This document shows, piece by piece, positions 41,640 to 54,984 of a stretch of DNA of 64,000 nt. Below the pieces are notes generated by a model. The model saw only the letters and a program-made list of their open reading frames with translations, did not search any database and was not told where the DNA came from. The first letter of the stretch is position 1. Each line of letters opens with the position of its first letter. Location of the stretch: positions 52,390,001 to 52,454,000 of the forward strand of contig OX597820.1 in NCBI GenBank assembly GCA_951406725.2, written 5' to 3'. This DNA comes from Octopus vulgaris. Taxonomy: Eukaryota. The position numbers and the translations under genes were made by a program.

Positions 41640-42365
41640 AGCTCTGCTATCACCGTCACTAAAGCTTCCAACTGGGAAGGGTGTGAAACAAAGAGACACC
41701 ATCTCTCCACAGCTATTTACCACATGTCTACAAATGGTCATCCAGGTATCATTTGGAGTGGTGAGTCGTGAACATTAATGGCAAGTAACTAATACACCTC
41801 GGATTCGTATAGGACATTGTAGTTATCGTTGAATCCACAGTCCAGCTGCAGAACCTGCTAACAGAATTGAACACTCAGAACTTAGCCGTAGGTCTTACAA
41901 TGAACAACACGTAAATAAAAAAAAATATGAGTGCGAAAGACGCAGTACACGAACGAATATAGAAGCGATAAAATTGGGAGGTAATTGAGTGTCTACTTAG
42001 GGCACACTGTGAATATGCGCACAGAAATGGAAGCCGAGGTCTCAGAAGGGCAGTGTGGAAGGCATTTAACACCATAAACCATGTGCTCCAAAGGAAGCTA
42101 TACAATGCCATGAGTACCAGAATCTTCAATAGTACCGTCCTACCTGCGCTCTTTGACACAAGTGAGACGAAGAGGATAGAACATCGATTGGCTACGACGC
42201 AATTGGCCATAGAAAAGTCCATGTTAGGAGTTTCACTAACAGAGCACGTCTGAGACGGAATGACTCGAGAACGGAGCCGAGTGGCCGATGTTTATCGCAG
42301 AGTACCGAAAGCATAAGTTCCGCTGGGGCGGATATATCACAAGGTTCACAGATAACAGTTAGAGC
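41640..42365 (+). mobile_element. RTE-clade LINE fossil (RT domains 4-7 and C-terminal region)
   Basis: GVKQRDTISPQLFTTCLQ; NINGK*LIHLGFV*DIVVI (cf. HLRFADDIVL); VGLTMN; WKAFNTI..IFNSTVLPAL..SET..TQLAIEKSMLGVSL..KFRWGGYITRFTDN. Confidence 0.85.
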
Positions 42366-42669
42366 AGCGCATGCATTTTGAGGTATTTTGAGAACGCATT
42401 AGAAGGAAAGTAATTGGCAGAGAAAGTAAAAGAAAATGAGGATAGGAAAAAAAATTGAATGATGCAGAGTGAAAATGGGACAGGGTAGTTAATTAGAGTA
42501 TAAAGTGTGATAAAAGGAAGAGGCAGATAAAATAGAGAGAAGGAATTAGAGATGAAACAAAGAAGACTGGAAAGACGGAAAAAAGAAACTAATTTGGACA
42601 ACAATAATTAGGGCTAAACAAAAGTATAAAAATATACATTTACATATTTTACGTGAGATTAATATATAC

Positions 42670-42870
42670 TCTCTCTTTTACTCTCTTTTACTTGTTTCAG
42701 TCATTTGACTGTGGCCATGCTGGAGCACCGCCTTTAGTCGAGCAAATAGTCCCCACGAATTATTTTTTTTGTAAGCCTAGTACTTATTCTATCGGTCTCT
42801 TTTGCTGAACCAGCATCGGTTGTCAAGCGATTTTGGAGGGACAAACACAGACATACAAACATATACACAG

Positions 42871-42932
<62 letters not shown>

Positions 42933-43088
42933 GACGGGCTTCTTTTAGTTTCCGTCTACCAAATCCACTCACGAGGCTTTGGTCGGCCCGAGGCTATAGT
43001 AGAAGACACTTGCTCACGGTGCCATGCAGTGGGACTGAACCCGGAACCATGTGGTTCATAAGCAAGCTACATACCACACAGCCACTCG
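42670..43088 (-). mobile_element. SINE family A
   Basis: Reverse complement of 62383-62830. Confidence 0.9.
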
Positions 43089-43606
43089 TATGCCTATCAG
43101 CAAATATATAAATATTTAAATATATAAATAAATACACTCAAGAGATGAAGAAACAGGAAGAGAGAAGGACAGAAATGCAGAGTGAAAACAGATAACAATT
43201 GAAAGAGAGAAAGGAAAGAAAGAGATGATAAAAAAAGGCACCAGTTAATTGTGAGTTACTAGCATATTGATTGAAACCAAAGAGATAGGAAAATGAATGT
43301 ATACTAAAATATTTATAGCTCGTGACCCAACTTATGATAAGTGTTCAATGGTTATCTTTAAAACCACACACATCTTTTCAACGTATAAAATTATAGATTC
43401 ATGCAATTTGCAAAGTGAAATTTGGAAATAGGTGAGCAAAATATGACGTGATTAATGTCACTCCAGAGCGGTACTTCTCTCTCTCTCCCTCACACACACA
43501 CAAACACTCTCTCTCTCTCTCTCTCTCACACACGCACATACGCTTTCTCTCTTATTCTCTCTGTCTCTCACACATACTCTCTCTCGCCACTATCTTAGTG
43601 CCCTGA

Positions 43607-43636
43607 GAAAGAAAGAAAGAAAGAAAGAAAGAAAGT

Positions 43637-43700
<64 letters not shown>

Positions 43701-43703
43701 AGA
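43607..43703. repeat. (GAAA)n microsatellite
   Basis: Direct reading. Confidence 0.95.
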
Positions 43704-44237
43704 AAGAACTGGCTTCAAAGGTTAAATTTAGAACGACACGGACCGAACGCAAATCGCGTTTAGCGGAAGCAAAAATCTCGAAGCAATCTCTAACGCTGTT
43801 ATAAATCTGGTAGACTACTTACTGAGTAAACCCTTCTAAATGTACTGCGCTCGTGACCCCCTACCCCACCCTCACACATTCTTGTCAATTTAATAGCATA
43901 TTTACGCACGTACCAAACTTACACACGCATTTAAGTTCACGATGCTTGAATGATTAAGAAGATCCATCACCATCATGAGGCCATGTATACGATCGCAATA
44001 TTCAAACGAACAATACGTTGTGATTAAACTTCGGAAAATGGAAACTGCATGGAAGCTACATAGGTGAATTTCTCACTATGCAAAGCAATGGCTTTCTCTG
44101 ATTTCGCCTGAGAATTAAGTTTACGCTACAAAGATATGTACGACACTTCTCTGTCAACAAATTAATACGAGACCATTGACTCGAATAACTGAAAAGTCAA
44201 TGTCGAACTGCGATGGTGTTGTATACATACATACACA

Positions 44238-44292
<55 letters not shown>

Positions 44293-44371
44293 TAAAAACG
44301 GTAAGATAACAAAAGAAAGAAAGAGACCTCAATATTATGTAATACATATATATATATTTATATACATATAC

Positions 44372-44404
<33 letters not shown>

Positions 44405-44442
44405 CATATATATATACATGTATATATATATGTGTATGTGTG

Positions 44443-44494
<52 letters not shown>

Positions 44495-45036
44495 TATATT
44501 TATATGTGTGTGTGTATATATATATACATACGTATCGAGATGGAGAAAGAGGAGAGAGAGATGCACTAATAGAAATATGCACATACTTATGAAAAAAAAG
44601 CATATATATTTATATATGTGCATATAAATATATGTGTGTTTGTACGAACATATAGGCGCGCGTACATACACACTCACGCACAGTAATACACACACTCACT
44701 CACACATTTTCACACATACGCGCATTAATACACACAGAGACTTATAATTGTTTCTTACTGTGCGTTATGTGTATGTAAGTAAATGAGGGAAATTTGCCAT
44801 TGAGAATACCATAAAATTTTCATAAATCTGTTTTTAAAGTAAACGTTTATATCATGTTATGGCAGTCCCAGCAGAAACCCCCAATCTCGCAACCACACGT
44901 GGGCTGCGTAATAGATATAAATTATTGTATGTTTATGTTATATTTCGTCTACATTTGAATACCTACATGAATAAACTAACAATAATTCATGTCCTTAAAC
45001 ATGTTTATCTGTTATTTACATACACATAGATTATAT

Positions 45037-45081
<45 letters not shown>

Positions 45082-45116
45082 GTATATATATCTATATATC
45101 TATATATGTATGTATG

Positions 45117-45179
<63 letters not shown>

Positions 45180-45292
45180 ATATGTATCTGGGAGTCGGGT
45201 CCTTTGAGTGACGTTCACATTCACTATTACAGCTATGTGAGAATAATAAGCACATACTACGCACAAGCTCTCACATACACACGCACACACAA

Positions 45293-45331
<39 letters not shown>

Positions 45332-45750
45332 CGCATCCACGTCCACACACACACACACAAATTCTCGCAATGTGTGTGTTCTTTTCTGCGTCTTCGATGT
45401 CTCTTTGCGCTTCAATTCAAATGCAAAGCACATAAGTATGTGAGACTGATCATGGAAGGAACATCGTCTGAATTCATAATTTGTTTATTCACTCTTCAGC
45501 AGATCTAGTGGATGGAAAAGAAGAGTATTTATATCCGAGTGAAAGAATATATATGTATGAATGAATACGTGTATATGTGTGGACGTGTTTGTCTGTGTGT
45601 GTGTTTGTGTACGTGTGCCTGTGCTTGTGTCTGTTTGGAAATGAAGTTACTATTTCTTCTGTCTTTTTTTCTTGTTTTTTTCTTTTGTAAACTGATACAA
45701 CTTGGGGCATTACTCGTTTATATTAGTATTTCAGTATTTTTATGTTTGCT

Positions 45751-45782
<32 letters not shown>

Positions 45783-45896
45783 ACTTTATAGATGTATATC
45801 TATATGTAGTTCTATGAATATAAGTGTATGTATGAAGTTACATACATAGTACACATGCACACCCACACACATTATATGTATATATATATATATTTT

Positions 45897-45981
<85 letters not shown>

Positions 45982-46129
45982 AGATAGATAGACAGATAGA
46001 TAGACAGACAGACAGACAGAAATGTACATAAATATGTACATGGTGCGAGTGGGATTTGAGGACACTTAATTATCTGTATATTATTCTCTTCAGACCAATT
46101 AAATGGGTTTTTTTTCCTTTCAGATCTCC

Positions 46130-46690
46130 CGTGGCAGATGAAATGCTAACACACGAATGGAAGGCCATCAGTCACTGTTGCCACATGCGCAGAACACAGC
46201 CAGTTTGAAATCACCGACTTTTTATCTGTACGTACATTTCACATGATTTAGGAAGTCTCTGGTGGGAAGGTTCGCACTGTATCAAAGAGTAATAAATGAA
46301 ACATGCTAAACGTTCACAAGCTTTAAGTACAGCACAGCTTCTCCAAAGGTTTGAAAACGTCTTCGATAAGAATCAATGAAAGAGAAAAAAATGTGGGGCA
46401 TTGTCAAAAAACAGCTATGGTAGATGAGAACTCTTCATACAAACCGTAAGTTTTGAGGAAGGACCAAATCGTTTCTTCAAAAACACCAGAAAACTGTTTG
46501 ATTTGTGCTAAGATCTTACTTAACGGGATTGAAAACCCTAACGAGCATGGCATATTTGGTTCTTTTCTGAAGAGAAATAATTCGTCCAAGTCCAAAAGGT
46601 TTAGAAAGAGCAGTAAAATATATTTTGCTTTGCATTTTTGTATATTTTTCTCCCGTACATATGATACACGCTCTGTCTACCTCAACTGAG
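46130..46690 (+). mobile_element. DD37D (maT)-like transposase fossil, N-terminal half
   Basis: VTVATCAEHS..EITDFLSV..SGGKVRTVSKS; ENCLICAKILLNGIENP..WFFSEEK (cf. RAKRLLNKLKHP..WFFSDEKNF), read across frameshifts. Confidence 0.6.
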
Positions 46691-46719
46691 ATAGTCTTAA
46701 TACTAGTGACGGAGGCTTT

Positions 46720-46978
46720 GTGAAACCACCTCAGGTGGCGAACCCTGCTGTACTCTTTCGCCACAACTTTCTCTCTCTCTTTCTTCCTGCTTCTGTTGTA
46801 CCTGTATTTCAAAAGGCCGTCCTTGTCACACTCCGTGTCAAGCTGAATCTCTCCGAGAACTACATTAAGGGTACACGAGTCTGTGGTGTACTCAGCCATT
46901 TGTACGTTAATTTCACGAGCAAGCTGTTCAGTTGATTGGATCAACTGGAACCCTCGTCATCGTAACCGACGGAGTGCT
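46720..46978 (+). mobile_element. Headless SINE: family D middle joined to family C tail
   Basis: ACTCTTTCGCCAC.ACTTTCTCTC is shared with 13487-13510; the tail is the reverse complement of 10492-10670. Confidence 0.72.
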
Positions 46979-46981
46979 AGC

Positions 46982-47017
<36 letters not shown>

Positions 47018-47020
<3 letters not shown>

Positions 47021-47192
47021 AAGGAGGATTCACAAAAAGAAGACGAAGAGAGGTGGTGTAGACAAAAAACAGATGTATTAGTTTAACGCTCGGGAAGTGA
47101 AAAAGTCATTAAGGTTTCGAGCCTACGCTCTTCCACAGAAAGGAACACAAAAAGAAACAAGGAGAGAAGATAAAGAATGTGTAGTGGCTAGA
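47018..47192 (-). mobile_element. Family H hammerhead element (degenerate)
   Basis: 47143-47105 CCTTT-CTGTGGA-A-GAGC-GTAG-GCTC-GAAAC-CTT; homologous to 38556-38760; flanked by (TA)n. Confidence 0.75.
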
Positions 47193-47212
47193 GATCTATA
47201 TATCTATATATA

Positions 47213-47269
<57 letters not shown>

Positions 47270-47479
47270 TGGTGGTGCCCCAGCATGGCCACAACCTCAA
47301 GGCTGACACATATGAGAGAATAAATAAAAGAATACATACGTACATGTATGTACTCACACATGTATACATTAGACTCAACATTCATTACGACATTACTTGC
47401 CTGTTTAATCAGCTTTCCTTTAGCCACAGTGATGACATGGAAATCAAATGAATATTAACGTATTTCATTATATTACTGA

Positions 47480-49010
47480 CTTCACTAATAGGAACTTGTA
47501 TGAAAAAAAAACGCTTTTTTTTTTCATCAGAAGTTGAATTTCAGCAATTGGAGAATGCAAACAATAACCTCACGATGTGTTGGTTCATTTGCCAACAAGT
47601 TCTTTGAGAGCAGTTTTGTGCTGAAGGAGCAGCATAAATCAAAATATAAACTGTTTACATTGCTCCATCAGTGGAACTTTGCTGCAGTTCAATCTAAATT
47701 TAAAGACTGACAGCTGTAAGGAGCATAAGCGCTCATTGGTAGATAGCAAATAGATACTGGTAGATACAATACCACTTGGTAGAGATATTGATGATAGCGT
47801 TATCATTATTGCGTCTATGACTATCGGAAATAGTCAAGTACTGCCTAAATACCCAATAACCAGGCCTGCTAATTTCTCTTTCAACTGCGGACTTGAAAAT
47901 ATTCTTGGTCAAATAACGGTTGATGAACGTCATTTACATAACATGGGTAGAATACAGTATTGCACCAACAGAGGCTGAAATATATTTTACAGGTCTTAGT
48001 TTATCCAAATTTTGTGATTTCGAGCTCTATATGGCTTTTACTGATTAATTTCATTTGAAAAAGTCCTGTGTGATAGTGAGCCTGAAGCCGATCCCTATTT
48101 GCTCATGAGTTTTTAACTTTTGTATCATGTTCGCATAGAAATTGCTACTAACATTTTAAGAGTGCCATGAGCTTAACGCCTACCTGAATAATTTCCTGAC
48201 TATCATCTCAAAACATTTTCCCCAAAATAGAGAAAATCATTATTGTCCTCACAAACTATTCGAGAACAATAAGCACTACTAAAACCAATTAGAATTTTTC
48301 CTCGTGATTTTTCTTTTACACAATAAGAAGTATCCAGTAATCAAATTTCTATTTTTACGTTTTAATAATTATATCATTGAAACAATAAATTGAGGGCGTT
48401 ACATAAATACAATAGTTTACAATTACAATAATTGATAATTGCATATTTAATTACAATGATTGAACGTCTATTATCATAATTGATGGGTATTAATAATCCT
48501 GCAAACAGCTGTCATTTGAAGAAAATTATTCAAAATCAATCCTTAGCAGCAATTATAGAAGTTATTTGTTCCAAATATGCAGTTTTCCGAAGACAGTCCT
48601 CAAAACCTTCTCTTTCCGAATGTTACCAATACAATGAAAAGAAAAACGGTAGCAAGAAAAAATGTGAATATAGCTCATTAAATGTTCTCATTGGTCTCTT
48701 CCACCGCTTCTCAGTCTTGTTCCTGATTTCTTTGTAAAAATTCACATCTGTCTCATTTAAACTTTGTAAACTCTTTTGCAACTCACTCCAAGCTAGGTGA
48801 AGAGTTCTTGTGTGCTGCACTTTTTTTTTAATACTTAAGCAACCTGTTTATTTTAGTTCTGTACTCACAGAAATTGTTGATGTTATGGTTGAATTTTGGT
48901 TTTTCTCCCTGAAAGAAAGAGAAACCTACAAGTCAGGCAATAAAAGAGACTGTTCTTCCAGGAATCAGCATAACAGCAATTATCATCCAGCTTCGACATT
49001 TGTGTTCTGA
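47480..49010 (-). mobile_element. hAT (ZMYM1/TTF-DUF4371-like) transposase fossil
   Basis: Minus, frameshifted: RSWMI..KNSLFYCLTCR (TTF zinc finger); KSAAHKNS/LAWSELQKSL..EIRNKTEKRWKR; later KYISASV..STHV..MTFINRYL (cf. AKYFSIIVD.T.D.SH.EQL...RYV). Confidence 0.55.
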
Positions 49011-49019
49011 ACTTTAATA

Positions 49020-49218
49020 ATCCTTTCTATTATAGGAACAAGGCCTGAAATTTTGGGGAAGGAGATAGTCGGTTACATTGACCTTAGTACTCAAATGGTA
49101 CTTAATTTATCGACCCTGAAAAGATAAAAGGTAAAGTCAACCTCGGCGCACTTTGAACTCGGGCGAAATAACGTCAAGCCTTTCATCCAGCGTGCTAACG
49201 ATTCTGCCAGCTCGCCGT
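49020..49218 (-). mobile_element. SINE family B
   Basis: Reverse complement of the GGCGAGCTGGCAGAATCGTTAGCACG head plus core. Confidence 0.8.
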
Positions 49219-50566
49219 CTTGTGCTGATCTTTAAAAATAACAATGAATCTTGTGTTCTACTGTGATATGTTTCTGCATATATTTCTGGTTTTTCTCCCC
49301 TTTTAACCTGATTGAAGCCTATTGTTATAATGATAGTCTCCAGTGGTAGCACTGTTATCAAGGGATGCTTATATAGGCCAGTGTATATAAAATATATGCT
49401 TTTCCTCAAGGTAAAAGCTAAACTTGGAGAAAGTTGCGCAAATATAGATGCCTTCCTCCATCCCCTTACTGTCGGGCCTGCTGTTCACGCGATTTTGTGC
49501 ACCGTATTCAGTCTTGTAAGGACAATAGGAAGATTCTAGAAAGAATAAAATCATATCTAATATGTAAACCCAAACACTCGGAAGCCATTTACAATTTCAG
49601 TGAGTTTCTCTTTTGAAACATGGACATAAACGTCATGATTTCCTTCAATCAATAAGGGTACATTTTTGTCTATAAATTATAGTCACTTATGTATTTTTTC
49701 ACACTAGTAAGACATTCATAATAATGTAATAAGAAAATAACAAATGTGGAAAATAAGTAATTTTTTTATTTTTTTGCTTTTTATGTTTTTTGCTGACAGT
49801 ATGAATGTTTTCGATGTTGGGTACAAAATCTGATTTGATTCTTTTTTCGGATAAAACCGCTTATATAAATTTAATAAATCATTATTAAAAGTACATTACA
49901 AATCACAAGGGAGGGTTTTTTACAAATACTTTCAAAGGAAATAAAAATATTAAACACCTTCCACTCATATCCAATGGTAATTCTGCTATAAAAATATCGA
50001 TAAATATATTCAGAAAAATAGTTAAACTATGATTATTACACCTTCCAAATTTTAGAATGTATTTCTAATATATATATATATATATATATGCTTGGTTTTT
50101 TCTTTTTTTTTTTCGATCTAAAATTTTACCTTACGTATGTTAATTTTATAATTTTCTCCTTTGATTCTATTTGATTTAGGTCACTTATCAATAAAATGGG
50201 AAATCGATTATTTTACCAATTTTATTTAGTTCAGAATTAGATCAACACCGCGAACAGTTGTCTTTCTTGCACTTATTTCTAAATATATTTTTTTTAACTG
50301 GCAACTTTAACAAGGCACTGAGAAAGTGATACTAACAATAGGATACTGCAATATTTGATTTACAAATATAGACTTACTCCTTCAGCACTTGGTCCCGTAT
50401 GAATACTACAATAGGCTTTGGCCATTAAGCATACGTCACTAAGCTTTTTCGAACGCGCTAAAATAACGGTTTTATGTAATACTGGACATTTGTCACATTA
50501 AAATTCTACTGCATTACAAGGGAAATCGAATATTTATTTAATTAAGAACAATCAATAAAAAAATTA

Positions 50567-51123
50567 TTGGGTTGCCCTGAAAGTTTGTGCCGATTTATAG
50601 TAGCTTACCTTTCGACTTATATTAGTACATGGTTGAGTCCATAAAATAGGATTTGACTAGACCTCCATTTAGAGTACAGTTTTAGCTATCTTTTCGTGGA
50701 AGAAGGTTTGTGTTCCTATAACCTGTGTTAATTCTGCAACCCTTTAAAATGGAAGATAAGAATATTCATTTTCGGTACTTGATGTTTGGGAACCAGACAA
50801 AAATTGCTGCTGCAGCTCGGCTAGGATGTGTTACCCTACCCCCCATATTCACCAGATATTGTTCTTTCGGATTTCCACTCATTCAGTTCTCTGAAGAAGA
50901 GTCTTAATGGTAAAAATTTCAATTCCTTGGATGACGTAAAAAGATACTTTGATGAATTATTTGTCATGAAACCACCTCAATTCTGGGAAGAGGATATTTT
51001 CAAGTTAAAGGAAAGATGGAGACGCATTGTGCAACAAAATGGTTCGTATTTGGTTGATTGGCAAGTATTTATTAACCTATTTCTTTCCTTTAAATAACGG
51101 CACGAACTTTCTGGACAACCCAA
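50567..51123 (+). mobile_element. Internally deleted mariner (DD34D) element with both TIRs
   Basis: TA|TTGGGTTGCCCTGAAAGTTTGTGCCG ... CGGCACGAACTTTCTGGACAACCCAA|TA; encodes MEDKNIHFRYLM fused to LPYPPYSPDIVLSDFH..KERWRRIVQQNGSYL. Confidence 0.93.
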
Positions 51124-52199
51124 TAAATTCATACAAGGATCACAAAGATAACTTATTTCTTTGCCATTCACAAATGTAGAATAATATATGCGATTGAGCC
51201 AAAGTAAAATATGATAGGTCAGTAAAAATATTGCAAATTCCATCATTCTTTTTATAGGAAAAGAAAATGTTTCCTTGTTTTATTGAAAATCACTCTTTCA
51301 GTCAATTTCTTCGATAATATAAGCAATAATCATCTTTCTAAAAGTATACAGTACGGTACAATACGCTCCTAATCCTTTAAATCAAATCTCTTCTCCTGGA
51401 AACTTCGGAATATATTTCATTTGAGTTGCCGGTTGTGAGATTACGGCTATTTTGAATTCTAGTAACTCATTGATATTTTACATACAATTTCTGAGTTTTA
51501 TGTAAATATTGCTGCATGTAACAATAAGATCATGCGATGGGTGTTAAAGTTTGCTAATCTTGAGCAATGTAGGTTTTAAATTTAATTTGAAAGAGATTCT
51601 TCACTGCATTATTCAGTCTTTAATGAGTTTATCAATCTATTCGGAGAATTTCATACAAATATTACAGTTGATAGGAATCTAAGTATATGGAATGCTTTGG
51701 TTATAAATTTAGACTTAAATACTGCTAAACACTTTTAGTAAATCTAAGGGCAGTTGCCGTAAATAAATATACATTCCAACTATTCCATAAAATCCTAATT
51801 AATTTAGATAGTAACATCGATAAGTGAATGTCCAGTTTATCCCTTAATGGGGAATTGCTTAAACGTATTGCCAGTTAATACAATGTTACATCAAAATAGA
51901 TGTTTTAAAGATAGAATGGATTAAATGAATAGTAACGCTAGTATTCGTAAATACATCAGTAGAAAACGAATGATTATATGGCCCAATGGTCCGTATAGGT
52001 TATAAACGTCAGGCTTACAATGTGTAGTTAGTTGGAAGAGGGGAGCTAGTCATCTGAGTATAACATGAAGGAATTTATCACCATAAGAGAAAATATCAGT
52101 CAAGTACCATCTTCAGCTTATTCGATTGAATTGACAAAAAGATTTATGGTCTTGTTACACAGTAAAATATTAGTGATAGATATTTCAGTAAGCTAGATG

Positions 52200-53500
52200 A
52201 GGCAATTAGAAAAGATATCACGTCTGAGTTAAGTACGGGGAGGGCTCACGGAACTCGAAGTTTGGCTTTTCAAAGCAGATATTGGTGAACGAAAAAATGC
52301 AAACTGTTCGATGAGATGAAGTGACAGAGATATCCTTTGGCAATTAAGCCACGATAAAATCGTTAACCAGCCGGAGTGATCGCGTGCTATGCGATTCAAA
52401 GCAAATATGTCTGGCTTCTCTGCTCAATGCTTTTCTATCAGTAGTTCCCTGTGAGACTACAATACTGCCCCACAATCAATGAACTCTGGTGTTCCTTAAG
52501 ATTCAGTTCTGTACCACACAATTCTTTCTATAAACAAACCATGTACTTGCAGTCACACTCAAAACACTCAATTTTGTGAAAATGAGTCGACCTTCTATTT
52601 CTCCCTAAACTTCCCCTACCATGCACCAACCGCACATAATTTAGAAGACACATGCCAAATCTACATTAACTCTAAAAACAAACTTTAGAGCATCCTCTAG
52701 CTACTGCGTACCAGCCTTCTTCTTTTTCCAGTAAAACAAACCTTCAGTCACTACACATATTAAGGAAACACCACTATACAACAGCTTCCCTAAAAATGAG
52801 CAGCACTCAGCAAGATCCCTCTCAGTTGCTCCAAGCACTGTGTCGTCATATTATCACGGATGAAATGTCGCGAAAGCATATCCTTAAAGTATTTAGGGTC
52901 GCAATCTAAAGTTTTACACTTCTCGTTAGTCCAGAAGAAATTTCAGTGGTCAACATCAGAAGATATTTCAGTGGTCACGTCTACAAAGCTGTAGTGAGCC
53001 TGCAATGGAATACTACTCCTAAACTACGGATAATGTGGCTGCTTCGCATGCTAACATCTTATACCGTATCCAGAGAAGCACTACTTCAGTGAGTGGCACC
53101 CCCGCACTAAAGGACAAAGTCAAGTCTTTTACTCACAGGCAATCTGTCTTCTCTAATCCCTCTATTTCCTATCGCTACTATAATAGTATCTACTCCTTGC
53201 GCGTTGATGGGTTCTCACCACCACCAATCAGTCACTTGTGTCCCACACGTTTCCACAAATCAAGTCATCCTTAATCCATGTCACCCTTAGTCCATCCAAA
53301 TCTCCTTTTCCAACATTAACATTCGTATCCGATCCTTCGGTTCCGTTGACGTATTTACTGCTGGTGTTGACCTACAGCATGTGCAATGACACATTAACTG
53401 CATGTACGTCAACGGTCTCAGAATGCACAGTGGAGTCTTGTTCTATACACTTTCCTCCAGATTCAGTAAGCAAAATCCAAGTCCCACCGGAATAAACTTT
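52200..53500 (+). mobile_element. CR1/jockey-like LINE fossil
   Basis: Remnants MNSGVP*DSVL (cf. SGVPQGSVLGP), YKAVV/AMEYYS (cf. LYKAQVRP.MEYCS), RIQR and SYRYYN. Confidence 0.5.
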
Positions 53501-53799
53501 GCCATTCCTCTTGGAGGTTGTTAAAATAAAGTAGCAGTCAAGCACTGGAGCCAATCTAAACGTCTAACATCATTCCAACAAAACAAATGGCTTTGATCAT
53601 AAATAAGAAGTGTTAATAGGATGATGGACTGCAGTACTCCTTTCGGCTCTTTGTGTTCTGTGTTTAAATTCCACTGTGGACAGCTTCACGTTTCATTACT
53701 TTGGGGTCGATAAAGAAATATAACACTCAAGTACTGGAGACATTGAAATCCACTAACACTTCTCGTTTAAAATATTGGTCTTTTGCCTAAATAAAAAAC

Positions 53800-53801
<2 letters not shown>

Positions 53802-53865
<64 letters not shown>

Positions 53866-53910
53866 CGGCGGCGGCGGTGTGGGTACTGGTGCTGGTGCTG
53901 GTGGTAGCAG
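53802..53910. repeat. (TAG)n followed by (GGC)n/(GGT)-like repeats
   Basis: Direct reading. Confidence 0.92.
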
Positions 53911-54697
53911 CATGATTACTTATGTTGTCGTAGGCTGTCAAAATACCTTGTTATAGCGCAATGTTGTTGAAATTGAAAGCCAAACCTGCACTCTGCTCTC
54001 GACTAACAGCTCAGTGGCTGCTGTGAAGTATTTTCGTTGCTGTATCTTGCAAATAAACATCTGTAGAAATAATATTTATACATTATACCCTTACCCGGAT
54101 CAAGTTATAACTGTCGGGGCTTCTAATTCTAATGATGCATACATGATTGCCAATACATTTCACATGTGGCTACAATTTTTCTGAAGTCATATTAGTAGAA
54201 AAGAGGTTCAAAGAGATGGAATAAGAGAGAAAGAGAGAGAGAGAAAGAAAGAGAAGGGGAGTTCTGTGAGAATAAGATGGTACTTGCACGTCTCTAACCT
54301 TGATGCTAATACTTAGATTTTGTTTGTTTTTGTTCCTGTTTCTACTTATTTTAAACTTTTTCCAGAGTCGGATACCTTTTTTCCTGTTTATTTTCCTTTT
54401 CGTATATATTTATAGATCGGATACATAAAAACAGAGCTTGTTAGTCTTTTAATAGAAGTACACACAGACCATAGATTTCTACAGGTGAAAGACGATTAGA
54501 AGAAATGGCATTTTCTTAATGAGTTTATTGGCAGTAAATAACGACTGTAAATGTTCAACGGATAGGCTCTTTGCGAGCTGGATATATTGTTTGTGTGTAT
54601 ATATGGACTAGAGAAATAACCGTGCAATGAATAATATATAAATAGACGTTGGCTCCTTAGGCACACATAATATGTAGATTCTGAATGTGTGCATTTA

Positions 54698-54955
54698 TCA
54701 GGTCATCCCATAAGTTTTGTCCGATTTTACTTTTTTTTAAAATTGAATTAAATTTACTAGTATTTTAAAATGTCTAATGGAATTAAAAATTATTTTTTAT
54801 GCATGTGCGTGCATTTAAACTAATTAAATATTATTTTACAGAATAACAGAATAAAAAATTCTTTGATTAAATTTTTTCTAACATGGAAGTATCCAAAGAG
54901 CATTTAAGGCACATAATGCTTTGAGTACAAAAAAAGGAAGCTCTGCAGCCGAATT
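54698..54955 (+). mobile_element. Mariner 5' end
   Basis: TA-TCAGGTCATCCCATAAGTTTTGTCCGATTTT TIR-like end; MEVSKEHLRHIML/EYKK.GSSAAE. Confidence 0.7.
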
Positions 54956-54984
54956 TTTAGCAGGCTTGTATCAGTTGTATGAAA

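Noticed and set aside
46105-46235. Apparent exon (pyrimidine tract-CAG ... GTACGT)
   Set aside because: The sequence translates to the N-terminus of a DD37D-like transposase, so it is better explained as a transposon fossil.
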